Assembly (NCBI GenBank): GCA_963755805.1
Contig: CAVWLG010000024.1
Location: forward strand, 1,029 to 65,028
Origin: an uncultured Actinomycetota bacterium
GTDB taxonomy: Bacteria > Actinomycetota > Actinomycetes > Mycobacteriales > Mycobacteriaceae
DNA length: 64,000 bases
Direction: 5' to 3'
Below the pieces are notes generated by a model. It did not search any database and had not been told where the DNA came from. It worked only from the letters and a program-made list of their open reading frames with translations. The translations under genes were made by a program, and so were the position numbers. Of the stretch, positions 31,681-42,814 are shown one piece after another; within the stretch, counting starts at the first letter, position 1, and the number at the start of each line of letters is the position of its first letter.

Positions 31681-34600
31681 GACTCATCACTCCCTTTCGT
31701 CTGATAACTCACCGACCGCCATCGACGGCCGCACTTTCGTCGACGAGCGGATTGACCAACTGCACGTATGTCGGGGTGTCGCTGTCGGTCAGCAGAATTG
31801 CCCGGCCGGCGGGCAGCCGGTCGAACCGCTGACCGCGGATCTTGCCGCCGTCTTGCCGGGTTGCCCGACAACATCAACGTGGTCGCCTGCAGGTCGTTGA
31901 ACCGGCGCAGCAACGGGCTGGTCATCAGCGCGTGCGCCGAACCGGTCGCCCGCGCGGTGACGATCACCCGCAGCCCCAGGTCGCCGGCCTGCGCCAGCAG
32001 CCCGATCAGCGGGGTCCACGGCCGCTGCCCGACGTACGGGCCGCGTCATCGCCGGAGTGTCCGGGATCTGGTCGACGTCGTCGATGATCAGGTAGTGGGT
32101 GTGGCCCTCGAACGTCCAGCCGGTCAGCTGCGACGCGTCGACAGGCCGGCCGGCGGCCGCCGCTTCTCGATGAGTGCCGACAGCCCGAGCATCGCCGGGG
32201 TGACCCGGTCGATGTTGGCGGTGTACTCGTTGTCGGGGAACAGCGGCTCGTCGACGAGATGCAGCCGGCGGTCCAGCACGGTGAACGCGACCCGGTCCGG
32301 GGTCGAGTTCTCCCGGATGGTGCGGATGATGTGGCGCAGCAGCGTGGTCTTGCCGGACTTGGTGTCGCCGAACACCATCAGCAGCGGGTTCTCGGCGAAG
32401 TCGAGTGCGACGGCGGCCAGGTCCTCTTCGCGCTGACCGATGACGACCCGCTCGGCGCCGCCGATACAGCGGGCCGAGCGCTGCGGGCGCCAGGTTGGTC
32501 GGCAGCAGCCGCACCGGCGGCGCGGTGAGCCCCGGGTAGCGGGCGTTGATCGCGGCGACCTGGTCCAGCTCGGGCGCGGCGAACAGGAAGTGCTCGGCGG
32601 CCATGGTCAGGCCGCGACCCGGCTGGTCGGCGGGCACGCGCCTCGGCCGGGCGGTGCAGCGCACCGACCACCCGGACGTTGCTGTCGCGCGCGTCGTGCA
32701 GCTTGAGCTCCAGCCGCAGCCCGAGGCCGTCGCGCATCGCCAGCGGCACCTCGAGCCAGCTCGGCGTGGTGACGACCACGTGGATGCCGTAGGCCAGGCC
32801 GATGTTGACCAGTTCGGTCACCTTGCCCAGCAACGGGTTTCGGGTGTTGAACTGGTCGGTGTTGTCGCGGCTGAACGCGTACAGGTTGTCGATGACCAGG
32901 AACACCTCGCCCAGCCCGTCGTCCGGACCTTGCTTGTCGCGGAACACCTCCCGCTGCTGCCGCGACCGCAGCAGCTGCTCGAGCTCGCCGAAGGTGCGGC
33001 GGATGCGTTCGGGCTCCAGCGGCGAGGCGACGCTGCCGACGTGCGCCAGGTCTTCCAGCGCCCGCAGCTGCCCGCCGCCGTAGTCCAGGCAGTAGAAGCT
33101 GACCTCGCGCGGCGAGTGCAGGCTGGCCGCCGACAGGATGAACGTCTGCAGCGCAGTCGATTTGCCGGACTTGGGCCCACCGTGGATCACCAGGTTGCCG
33201 GCCGACGACCTCGCGTCGAACACCAGCGGGTCGCGGCGCATCTCGAACGGCTTGTCGATCTCGCCGAGCGGCCAGCGCCACTCGCCTCGCGGCACCGCCG
33301 CGCGGGCCAGCACCGCGGTCAGCGGGATCGGCTCGTCGAGCGGCGGCAGCCACAGCTCCGGCGCCCGCGGGCCGTAGCGCGCCAACTGGTCGCCGATGGT
33401 GGCGATCAGCTTGCGCGGCGGCGCGATCGGCTCGTCGTGTCCGTTCTTGGCGATCACCGTGGTCTGGTCGGGCTCCACCCGGCCGGCGGTGAACAGCTGC
33501 GGCTCCGGAACCGAGTGCACCACAAGCGTTTTCGGCGCCTGCGGCGGGTCGTAGATGCCGTCGACGTAGGTGCTGCGGAACTTGATCGGCGCGGCGCCCG
33601 GGCGCGGGCACCAGGAAGCCGACGCCCTTGTGCTCCTTGCCCGATTCGATGTGGTAGGCGTCCTCCACACCGATGATCTGCCGCGACACCGCAGGGCTGG
33701 CCACCTTCAGACCGATCCGGTACGAGGTGTTCTTGTCGATGTCCTTGATCTTGCCGACGTCCAGCGTCTGCGACGCGAACAGGATGTGGATGCGGAACGA
33801 GCGGCCCTTGCGCGCCACGTAGTCGAACAGCTCCGCGTATTCGGGGTGGTCGGCCAGCATCAGGGTGAACTCGTCGGCGACCACGAACAGCGTCGGGATC
33901 GGCGGCAGGTCATGCCCGGCGGCGATCGCGTTCTCGTATTCGGTCACCGAGTTGAACGCGCTGCCCTGGACCTGGCGGCCGGCCTCGCGCAGCAGCATCT
34001 CGCGGCGCGCCACCTCACCGCGCAGCGTGTCGGCGAACCGGTCGGCCAGCGACTTCTTCTCGGCCATGTTCGAGATGACCGCGACGACCTGCGGGAAGTT
34101 GCGGAAGATGTCCGCGCCGGCCTCACCCTTGAAGTCGGCGTAGATGACGATCAGCCGGTCGGCGGAGTGAGTGGTCAACAGCGCCAACAGAATCGACATC
34201 AACGTCTGCGACTTGCCGGAACCGGTCATACCGATCATCAGGCCGTGCGGGCCCATCCCGCCCTCGGCTTCGTCCTTGAGGTCGAAGATCAGCGGCTCGC
34301 CGGTGGCGGTGACACCGATCGGCACCCGCAACTCGTCGTCGCGGTGTCGCGGCGCCCACAGCGTCGGCACGTCGAGTCGCGACGCATCCGGAATGCCCAG
34401 CAGCGTGGTGAAGGTCGCGCCGCGGGTGGCCGCCGACTGCAGGCCGCTGTGCGTCGGGTTGGAGTCCCAGCGCGACAGCCGGCGCGCGACGTGCGCGGCG
34501 TCGTCGACGCCGAGCGCGTCGGCGCTGTCGATGTAGGGCTGCCAGCCGCCGGTCTGCCAGCGCTCGATCGCGCCGTCGGCGACCCGCAGGATCGGCCGCT

Positions 34601-35667
34601 CGGGATCCGAGTACTGCTCGCGGTGCGGCGCGGTGGTCGATCGGTAGCACGACGGTGACACCGGCCCGCGCCGGCCGCCAGCGGCGAGGCGCTCAGGTCG
34701 AAGTCGGGGTCGTCGACGATGATCAGCAAGTGCCGCAACGCATCCGCCGGCCCGCCGGCGAACGCCGGGCGGTCGGCCAGCGCCGGCCCGAGCAGCGCGA
34801 CCAGCTCGTCGGGCTTGGTGGCCAGGTAGCGGGCCGGGCCGACGCCGTCGGCTTCGGCCGGGATGTCGACGTGCGGCAACCACTTCAGCCACGACCAGTC
34901 CGGCGACTCGAGATCCGGCGTGGCCAGCGCCACGCCGAGCACCGTGGGGTCGTGCCAGGTCACCGCCTGAGCGATCCAGGCCCGCAGCGCGCCGCGAACC
35001 TCGTCGTCGTCGCCGAGCACGGTGATCCGCGACACCTTGGTCAGGTCGATGCCGGTCGGGACGTCGCGCACGGTGCGCTGGGTGTCGAGCAGGCTGCGTA
35101 ATGCGCTGTGCGACACCGGCTCCAGGTCGACCTCGTCGGCGGTGTCGTTGACCCGCAGCGCGGTGTCCAACGCGGCCGAGTGCACGCCGGCACGCACCAC
35201 CAGGAAGTCGGCGTCCTGGGGGTCGCGCTCCCACTGCCGTCGCGAGCCGGGGATGGCGGCCAGATCCGCCGGTTCCGGGTGCGACCATTCGGCGGCGGCG
35301 CGCTGCTCGGCGGCCTGCGCGCGGACGTTGTCCCGGACCACCGACAGGTAGCGCAGGTAGTCGGCGCGCTCGGCGTCGACTTCCTCGGTGCGCGATCTTG
35401 TTGTCGACCGCGGTAGAACGCGGTGGCGGCCAGCAGCAGCACGAACGGGAAGAACAGCGTCTGCGGCGAGATGAGCCGCATTCCGGTGGCGACCATCGCG
35501 ACGATCATGCCGACGATCAGGATGACGATCACGAACGGCAGCGCCCGCCGCAGCAACGACGGCGGGATCACCCGCGGCAGTTCCGGCGGCGCTTCGATGT
35601 TGATGGTGCCCTTGCGGGTCACCGGCGGCGGCAGCCGGCGGCGTGCCTCGAAGATCAAGCGGCTCAT
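31677..35667 (-). CDS. eccC3: ESX-3 FtsK/SpoIIIE ATPase EccC3 (frameshifts)
   Basis: [11 protein letters not shown] start; three ATPase domains [16 protein letters not shown] and GDTKSGKT. Confidence 0.93.
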
Positions 35668-37235
35668 CGGTTTTGCCCTTCGGCAGAGTACGGCCAGGTC
35701 GGGAGTCGGGCGCCAGTCCGTCGTGTGCGAGCAGCGCGTCGGCCCGCGACAGTGTCGGCCCGGGGGCGAACAGCGACAGCACCGACCACGGGATCGGCAG
35801 TGGCCGGCTGCGTCAGGCCAAGAGCGTCAGCGGTTTTCGCGTTTCCGGTGACGCCACCTTCGGCCTCGTTGTCGATGCCGTACCGCACGCCGGTGTCGGA
35901 GATCCAGAACAGCGACCCGCTGCCGGTGACGACGCGTTCTGCCCGACGGTCTGGGCGAAGTACCCGGTGCCCGGAGCCATCGCGATCCGGCTGGCGGTCC
36001 CGCCGGCGCCTGCGCCGACCAGATCCTCGGTGTGCACCGCGTCGGGAATCGGCAGCGCCGAACCGGACAAGCAGGGTCAGCGAATTCGTGCTGGCGCCAG
36101 ACGGCTTTGCTCCAGTGCGCGCAGGTGACCGGGGTCGTGCGTCGCGTCGAGCAGGCTGATGCGCTGCTCGGGGTAGCGGCTGGTGTCCAGCTGCCGCGAC
36201 ACCGGCAGCTTGGCCACCTTGTCGGCACCCAGCCGCGGCGGCTGGTCCAGGCCGTAGGAGTTGGCGTTGCGCAGGATCGCGGCCAGCACCGGCGAGATCT
36301 GCTGCAGGCCGTCCGGCAGCACCGCGTAGTAGTTGGATCGAGTTGCCTTCCAGCCCATGAGATTCGACGACACCGCCGATCGGGGCGGGCACCGGGAATC
36401 GGGCGGGGCCGCCGGCTTCGGGGATGGCGGGCGCCGCCAGCGGCGGCGACTCGGGGATCGCGTTGAACAGACCGGGGGCGACAGGGCGCGGTGCGTGAAT
36501 GTCGTTACCCAGGCCCAGAGCGTTGGTGACCGCGTGGTCGGCGAGGTCGATCCGGCTGCGCCGGCCGTCCCACAGCAGCCAGGCGCTGCTGGGGTTGCTG
36601 ACCAGGATGGCCTTACCGGTCTCCAGCGCCGCGGCGCGGGCGCCGGTGCTGTCCGGAGCTCCGGCGATCACCGTGACGCCGGCGGCGGCACCGCTGGCCG
36701 CGTCGCACACCGTCCAGTCGGCGTCCTTGCGGGTGTTCTGCACCATCCGCTGCGGCGCACCCGGGATGCCGATCAGGTTGCCGAGCGGAAACTTGTCCAG
36801 CTCACTGCTTTTCACCTGGGTGGGGTTGGCCGACTTGCCGGCGATCAGCCGGGCCGAGGCCAGGTTGAGCACCGGATGCAGTTGGTCGCCCACCCGCACA
36901 TACAGCGCCGCCGTCGACCGGTCGGCCAGGATCGGGTTGTTGGCCGCCGAGCCGTTCGGCCGGATCAGCGAGAACACGAAGCAGCCGACCAGCCCGGTGA
37001 CCAACACGATGACGCCCATCAGCACCGCGCGCGTCTGGGTGCGCAAAGGGTCGACGAGCATCCGGGTGTCGTGCAGGGCGACACCAGAAGCGATGCGGCG
37101 CATGACAAATCGCCAGCCGGTCACCTGGTGTCGGGTGACGAAGCCCCGCCGGTAGACCACCTTTTCGGGGTTGTCGTTCACCGGGGTGCGCGAGGCGAAT
37201 GAACGCCGGTCGTCGGGCGACTCAAGGTTGGTCAT
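35664..37235 (-). CDS. eccB3: ESX-3 component EccB3 (frameshifts)
   Basis: [67 protein letters not shown]. Confidence 0.93.
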   Translation of the reverse strand: MTNLESPDDRRSFASRTPVNDNPEKVVYRRGFVTRHQVTGWRFVMRRIASGVALHDTRMLVDPLRTQTRAVLMGVIVLVTGLVGCFVFSLIRPNGSAANNPILADRSTAALYVRVGDQLHPVLNLASARLIAGKSANPTQVKSSELDKFPLGNLIGIPGAPQRMVQNTRKDADWTVCDAASGAAAGVTVIAGAPDSTGARAAALETGKAILVSNPSSAWLLWDGRRSRIDLADHAVTNALGLGNDIHAPRPVAPGLFNAIPESPPLAAPAIPEAGGPARFPVPAPIGGVVESHGLEGNSIQLLRGAAGRPAADLAGAGRDPAQRQLLRPGPAAAAGCRQGGQAAGVAAAGHQPLPRAAHQPARRDARPRSPARTGAKPSGASTNSLTLLVRFGAADSRRGAHRGSGRRRRRRDRQPDRDGSGHRVLRPDRRAERVVTGSGSLFWISDTGVRYGIDNEAEGGVTGNAKTADALGLTQPATADPVVGAVAVRPRADTVAGRRAARTRRTGARLPTWPYSAEGQNR

Positions 37236-39074
37236 GCCGGCGTCTCCAGCCGCAGGCCCTCGCAGCAACGGCGGCACGGTGTTGGCCACGTCGGCGGCGG
37301 TGATCGTCATGAGCTCCTCGTCGGTGAATTCACCGGTTTTAGCGTGTTCGGAGTGGTCCAACCGGAATTCCCGTTCCTCTTCCGACTTTTCGACGACGTT
37401 ACGAACGAATCGTCCGTTACCGGCGATGTCGAGGCCGCGACGTTCGACGCCCACCGAATCTTCCTTCGTCGTGCTGGCCAGGTGAGCGAACAGAGCCTCG
37501 AGGTCGTCGAGTGCCGCCTGCTCGAATGTGCTGTCGCGCCGGGTGGCCATGAAGTTGGCGATCTCGATCAGTTCAGGCGGCTGGTACGACGGGAAGTCGA
37601 TGGTCCGGGTGAACCGTGATCGCAGACCCTGGTTGGTGTCCAGGAACCGATCCAGGTCGGCGCGGTATCCCGCGATGATGACCACCAAACGGTCACGGTC
37701 GTTTTCCATCCGCGCCAGCAGCGTGTCGATGGCCACCAGGCCGAAGTCGTTCTTGGCGCCGGTGGCGACCAGCGCGTAAGCCTCGTCGAGGAACAGCACA
37801 CCGTCCAGTGCGCTGTCGATAATCGCGTTGGTCTTGGCTTCGGTCTCGCCGATGTGCTGACCGATCAGGTCGGCACGGTGGACCTCTTTGATGTTCTCTT
37901 TCTTCAAAAGGCCAAGGCCGCAATAGATTTTGGCGACGACACGGGCGATCGTGGTCTTACCGGTTCCGGGCGGGCCGGTGAACACCAGATGGTGGGTGCG
38001 CTGAGCCACTTCGAGTCCGCGCTCTTTGCGGACCAATTCCATCGCCACCGCGCTCTTGAGCCGCGCGACCTGATCCTTGACCTTGTCGAGTCCGATGAAC
38101 TCGTCGAGCTCACGCTCGGCCTCCGACAGCAGGACGGCCTTGCGCTCCTGGGCGCCGGGGTCGACGAAGTCGCCGGGCTTGGGCTCGGTGCCGACGTCCC
38201 AAGGATCGCTGCGGGCGTCGATGCGGTCCGACGAGGTGGGCACGATCCCGAAGCTGGTGTCCGTCAACGCCTCTTCGACCTGAGCGTTTTCCGGGTTGGC
38301 GGCGTACAGGTCCTGCAGCACCTCGCGGGCGGTGTCCTCGTCACCGTCGGCGCGCAGCGACAGCGCCCTGGCCAAGGCTCCGTCGACCGCCGCGACGGCG
38401 ACCGGGCCTTCCGGCTCCTCGAGGTAGGACAGCGCTGCGGCAAACATGCCGAGCCGCGCCAGCGAGATCCCGAGCGCGACCTTGACGGCGTGGGCGAAGT
38501 GCTCGTCCAGCTTGGGGTCGTTGACAATCGGGGACAGCAGTTTGACGACGTCAGCCCAGCGCTCGGCGCGGTAGTGGATCGTCGAGGTCACCCAGCGGGC
38601 TTCGTGCGAACTCGGTCGACGCCGGCTGACGTCGCTGACCAGTTGGAACGCCGCAGCAAACCTGCCATCGCCGGCCAATGCCGAGGCGTAAGCAAGGTGG
38701 AAGTCGTCGGGCTCGGTCGCCCGGAACTTGAGGTACAGCCCAGTGTCGTAGAGAAAACCGAGCGCACCCTCGGCCAGCTGAACTTGCCGCTGCAGCACAC
38801 CTGCCGTTGCGGTGTTGTGCGAAATCGCTTCCAGCACTTGGAGCGACAGGTCGCCGGCCGCGGCCAGCCCGACCCACGCGTCGGCCTGATCGTGAGCGAT
38901 GCGGACCAGTCCGGTGAACCCGGATCGAGCCGCGGCCAGGTCTGCCGGACGCGTACGGTCGTACACGGTCAGCCCGAGCGCCCGGCAACAGGTCGCAAAT
39001 CGGCTCGCTACATCGTCGTCGACCCGGGCCGTTTTCGGCCGGGTGGCGATGATGCCGGTCTCAGCGGTTTCCAC
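37232..39074 (-). CDS. eccA3: ESX-3 AAA+ ATPase EccA3
   Basis: TPR-like N-terminus, GPPGTGKT, LFLDEAY, GNGRFVRN; an extra base near 37257 hides the ATGA stop/start overlap with eccB3. Confidence 0.95.
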
Positions 39075-39095
39075 GCCTCAGTCTCCCCTTCGGAC

Positions 39096-39114
39096 GTAGT
39101 ATTGCCTAAGCTAA
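39096..39114 (-). promoter_or_regulatory. IdeR iron box upstream of eccA3
   Basis: TTAGCTTAGGCAATACTAC matches TTAGGTTAGGCTAACCTAA at 14/19 positions; ESX-3 is a known IdeR target. Confidence 0.72.
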
Positions 39115-39296
39115 CTTCGGCGAAGTTAGCATCGCACATGCTGTGTGTCGAGACGCACGTAACCCCTGGATAAGTGGTCTCGTCAGCTGCGTCTCGTCCG
39201 CAGCGACGCTGCAGGTCACACCCGTTAATGAGCGATGAGAACAAGTTTTCGCCGCGGCGAGACTAATAGGTTCTCGAACTTTCTCACAACGAGGCT

Positions 39297-39317
39297 TAAT
39301 GAAAATGAGTGTCATTA
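39297..39317. promoter_or_regulatory. Zur box upstream of ESX-3
   Basis: 21-bp near-palindrome TAATGAAAATGAGTGTCATTA; ESX-3 is a known Zur target. Confidence 0.8.
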
Positions 39318-39343
39318 CGGCAGGACTGTACGCCATCGTGCCC

Positions 39344-40250
39344 TCACCCTTTGACCGCCCTGACCAAGGTGTTGCGGGCGATCATCGGTCCGGCCTCGAT
39401 ATCCGGTCCGGGCACCGGGCGGCCCACATCGCGGAGGTAGTCGGCCAGCGGCGTCGCGACCGCGTTCCAGCCGTGGTTGTCGAACCATTGCTGGGCCGGC
39501 TCGTGCTGCTCGTTGTAGATCAGTTGGAAGAACAACCGGTCGTCGCCCTCGGCCCGAGCCGCACGCTCTTCCGCGACGGCAGCCTGGAACGCTTCGGCAG
39601 GCAGCGCCGCGCTTTCTTCAACCGCGACATGACTTCCCGAACTGGCCAGCGCGTCGATCCCGGTGAACAGCTGCTCTCGCGCAGCGGCCGGCAGATAGAT
39701 CAGTCAGACCTTCGGCGATCCACGCCGAGGGCTCTGCAGGCTCGAAACCACTGTCCCGCAACGCCTGCGGCCAATCCTCGCGGAGGTCGATGGCGATCTC
39801 ACGGCGTTCGGCGTTGGGCTTGGCGCCCTGCTCGGTAAGCACCTCGCGCTTGAAATCGAGAACCTGCGGGCGGTCCAGCTCGAAGATCGTCGTCGCATCG
39901 GGCCAGGCCAGCCGGTAGGCGCGCGAGTCCAGACCGGCGGCCAAGATCACCACCTGCCGGACCCCGGCCTCGGCGGCCTGCAGGAAGTAGTTGTCGAAAA
40001 ATCTGGTGCGGGCACCCTGGTAGTTGACGAAATGCTGCCCCCAGTCAAGGGATTTGAGTTGATGATCGGGCTTCTTGCCGTCCAACACATCGGCAGCGTT
40101 GCCGCCAACCGCGCGGCAGAACATCTCGGCGTACGGATCGACGGCCAACGGGTCGGGCTTCTGCGCCTCCAAAGCTCGAGCGGTGGCGACAAGTAATGCA
40201 GTCGCGCCGACACTTGTCGTGATGTCCCAGTTGTCATCATGAGTACGCAC
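39344..40250 (-). CDS. SAM-dependent methyltransferase, Rv0281-like (frameshifts)
   Basis: [45 protein letters not shown]; directly upstream of ESX-3. Confidence 0.9.
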
Positions 40251-40349
40251 GGCAACCGACCCTACGCGCGCCCGATCCAGCCACCAGGGCATTGAATACG
40301 ACATCGCGTCGTAGACACAAGACCCCGTCCCGGTAGGGGGTATTCGGCA

Positions 40350-41244
40350 CTACACCAACGGGCGCCCGGCTTTGATCCGCCGGTCCAGATCCCACAGTAG
40401 GACGTTGAACGGGAACCGCCGGACGAACTGCGGCATCGCGTTGTTCAGCGTGCGGAGCACACGCGATCACCCGGTCGAAGCGCCGTTGCGCGGCCGCATC
40501 CCAGGAGAAGTGCATCTCGTCGCGGAAGCGCTGCGGTAGAAAGCCGGCGGTGAGCAGCAGACCTAGCTTTTCCGGCTGCCGGCGCAGCACCTCCGGTAGA
40601 CGCAGCGCCTGAATCCGGCCCACCGCAATGGGATACAGGTAGTTACGGACGGCGTCGTCGATATGGACTTTGTCCAGCTGCTCGTTCCAGTAGCGGTCGA
40701 ACGCGGCCCGATCCGCCGGCCACATCTCCGGCGGCACCTGCAACGTGGAGGCGAGCGCTACCGCTTCTTGGTAGTGCCGATCAGCGTCCCGATCGTCCAT
40801 CTCGCCGATGAACGTGCGGTAGAAGTCCACTCCGCCCTTATAGAGGCATGCCGCCACCCACAGCTGCAGATCGAGGTCGAAGGCGTTGTATTGCACCGGG
40901 CTGTCGGGAGTGGAGTACACCTGTGCGTGCGCACGATTCACCGCGCGCCGAAACGCCGCCTTCTGGATGTCGGTACCGGCCATCGCGACGGCGAGGTAGG
41001 TGAACGTGGTGCGAGCCCGCTTGATCGGGTGCCGGTCGGCGCGGCCGCTCTCGACGCGGCTCTCCATCACGCCGTAGCCCACGCCGGGCCGGGCCGCCTC
41101 CATGATCACGTTGGCCGGACCGAGCAGCAACGCCATGCCCATCAGGGTGTCGTCGAGCTGCGGCGTCCGCCGTGGCCGACGCCCGGCAACCGGCGGCGCG
41201 CTCACCGCGCGTTCGACATGCCTGATCGGTTCGCTGACCGTCAT
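40350..41244 (-). CDS. Oxygenase MpaB / DUF2236 family protein, Rv0276-like (frameshift near 3' end)
   Basis: GPANVIM..ARPGVGYGV, HPIKRARTTFTYL, VNRAHAQV, LQLWVAACL. Confidence 0.87.
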
Positions 41245-41323
41245 CGCTCACCTGCCCGCTAATTCTGAGAACGCTTGTTTCCTGATATTGCAGCCCGGCG
41301 TGTACCGGTGTCAAGATGGGTTC

Positions 41324-41956
41324 ATGGCTTCAGCCCCGGCGACGAGCGCGCGGCCCTACCGCGGGGTCGATGCCGCCGACCGGTTGGCGAGCCGCCGGGC
41401 CAGCCTGCTGGAGGCGGGCCTCGATCTGCTCGGTGGCGAGGAGTCCGTGGAGTTGACCGTGCGAGCCATTTGCCGGCAGGCGGGCGTGGCCGCTCGCTAT
41501 TTCTACGAAAGCTTCACCGACAAAGACGAACTCGTCGCGGCAGTGTTCGACTGGGTGATCGCCGAACTGGCCACCACTACTCAGGCGGCAGTCACCGCGG
41601 CGCCGGCGGACGAGCAGACCCGGGCCTGCATGACCAACATCGTCCGCACAATCGGCGGCGATCCACGGGTCGGGCGGCTGCTGTTCAGCGCGCAACCGGC
41701 CAACGCGGTGCTGGTGCGTAAGCGCGTCGAATCCAGCGCGCTGTTCGCGATGCTGTCCGGCCGCCACGTCGAGAATGCGCTGCGAGTGCCGGAGAACGAC
41801 CGGATCAAGGCCGCCGCGCATTTCGTGGTCGGCGGGGTGGGGCAGACGATCGGTGCCTGGCTGGCCGGCGATGTTCGGCTCGGCCCCGAGCAGCTGGTCG
41901 ACCAGCTCGCCTCGCTGCTCGACGAGTTGGCCAACCCGAACCTCTACCGCGACTGA
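41324..41956 (+). CDS. TetR family regulator, Rv0275c-like
   Basis: RPYRGVDAADRLASRR...LTVRAICRQAGVAARYFYESFTDKDE. Confidence 0.9.
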   Translation: MASAPATSARPYRGVDAADRLASRRASLLEAGLDLLGGEESVELTVRAICRQAGVAARYFYESFTDKDELVAAVFDWVIAELATTTQAAVTAAPADEQTRACMTNIVRTIGGDPRVGRLLFSAQPANAVLVRKRVESSALFAMLSGRHVENALRVPENDRIKAAAHFVVGGVGQTIGAWLAGDVRLGPEQLVDQLASLLDELANPNLYRD

Positions 41957-41960
41957 CGAC

Positions 41961-42536
41961 CTAGTGCGCGGCCGGGATGCGGCGATCGGCGGAGGTCCTG
42001 GGCACAGCCTGCGCGTCGTTTGCCGTGAATTCTTTGACCCAGCAAGCGAACTCGAGGGTAATCCCGTCAGGATCCTGAAAGTAGAACGATCGCACGTAGA
42101 CCCCAGGATGCACGGTCGCCGCGACCTGCCGCTCACTCTCATCGTGGTTGAGCACCGGGCCCACCCGCACTCCTTTGTCTTTGAGCCGCTGACGGTAGGC
42201 ATCGAACTTCTCGGCCGGCACGTGAAACGCCAAGTGGTTCATAGTGCTGACGGCGCTGGTGATTTCGCCGATGCCCGGGATGGCGGCCGGCGACGACAAA
42301 CCGGGCACCCGGTCGGGTGCATCGGCGAACCAGAAAAACGCGACGCAGTCGCCGTCGCCCGCGTCGAAGAAGAAGTGCTGTCCGGCTCCACCGGGCAGGT
42401 CGAGCGATTTGATCAACGGCATGCCCAGGACGTTGCTGTAGAAGTCCACGGTGCGCGCCATATCCGAACACACCAGCGCGACATGGTTGATGCCGCCGAG
42501 CTCGAATTCGGAATTGCGGTTGTGCGGCTTGATCAT
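41961..42536 (-). CDS. VOC/glyoxalase family protein, Rv0274-like
   Basis: GINHVALVCSDMARTVDFY, MNHLAF, SFYFQDPDGITLEF. Confidence 0.9.
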   Translation of the reverse strand: MIKPHNRNSEFELGGINHVALVCSDMARTVDFYSNVLGMPLIKSLDLPGGAGQHFFFDAGDGDCVAFFWFADAPDRVPGLSSPAAIPGIGEITSAVSTMNHLAFHVPAEKFDAYRQRLKDKGVRVGPVLNHDESERQVAATVHPGVYVRSFYFQDPDGITLEFACWVKEFTANDAQAVPRTSADRRIPAAH

Positions 42537-42579
42537 CCCCGGGCTCCCCTCCGCTTCGCTGGTTCCGTGGCGAGGATCA

Positions 42580-42603
42580 GAATCTGAACCTAACATCAGA
42601 TTC
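42580..42603. promoter_or_regulatory. Inverted repeat, putative operator of the Rv0273c-type TetR
   Basis: gaatctga-acctaaca-tcagattc, perfect 8-bp arms, in the divergent spacer. Confidence 0.55.
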
Positions 42604-42676
42604 AGGTCTATTCCAGAAAAAGCGCCGTTCCCGGGATCGCGGCGGATCCCACGGTCACGACGAAGGAGGCCCGTCG

Positions 42677-42814
42677 GTGTCTACTGTGTCCGACAAGCCG
42701 ACTCATCGTGCGCCGCTATCGACGAACCGCGGCCTTCGCACCCGGGCCACCATCGACGCCGCCGCCCGAACAGTGACCGCTCGTAAAGGCTTCCTCGCCG
42801 AGGAGGGCAGCTGA
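42677..42814 (+). pseudogene. Internally deleted Rv0273c/EtbR TetR regulator (45-aa remnant)
   Basis: AGGAGG plus GTG, then ...NRGLRTRATIDAAARTVTARKGFLA-EEGS*; resembles the Rv0273c N-terminal helix fused to its C-terminal tip; syntenic position. Confidence 0.75.

Noticed and set aside
24445-37235. ESX-3 locus as a set of true pseudogenes
   Set aside because: Lesions are single-base indels with conserved protein sequence between them and intact Zur/IdeR boxes; assembly error is more parsimonious
35664-39074. 1136-aa ORF suggesting an EccA3-EccB3 fusion
   Set aside because: Removing one G near 37257 restores ...[11 protein letters not shown] with the usual ATGA overlap; indels are pervasive in this region
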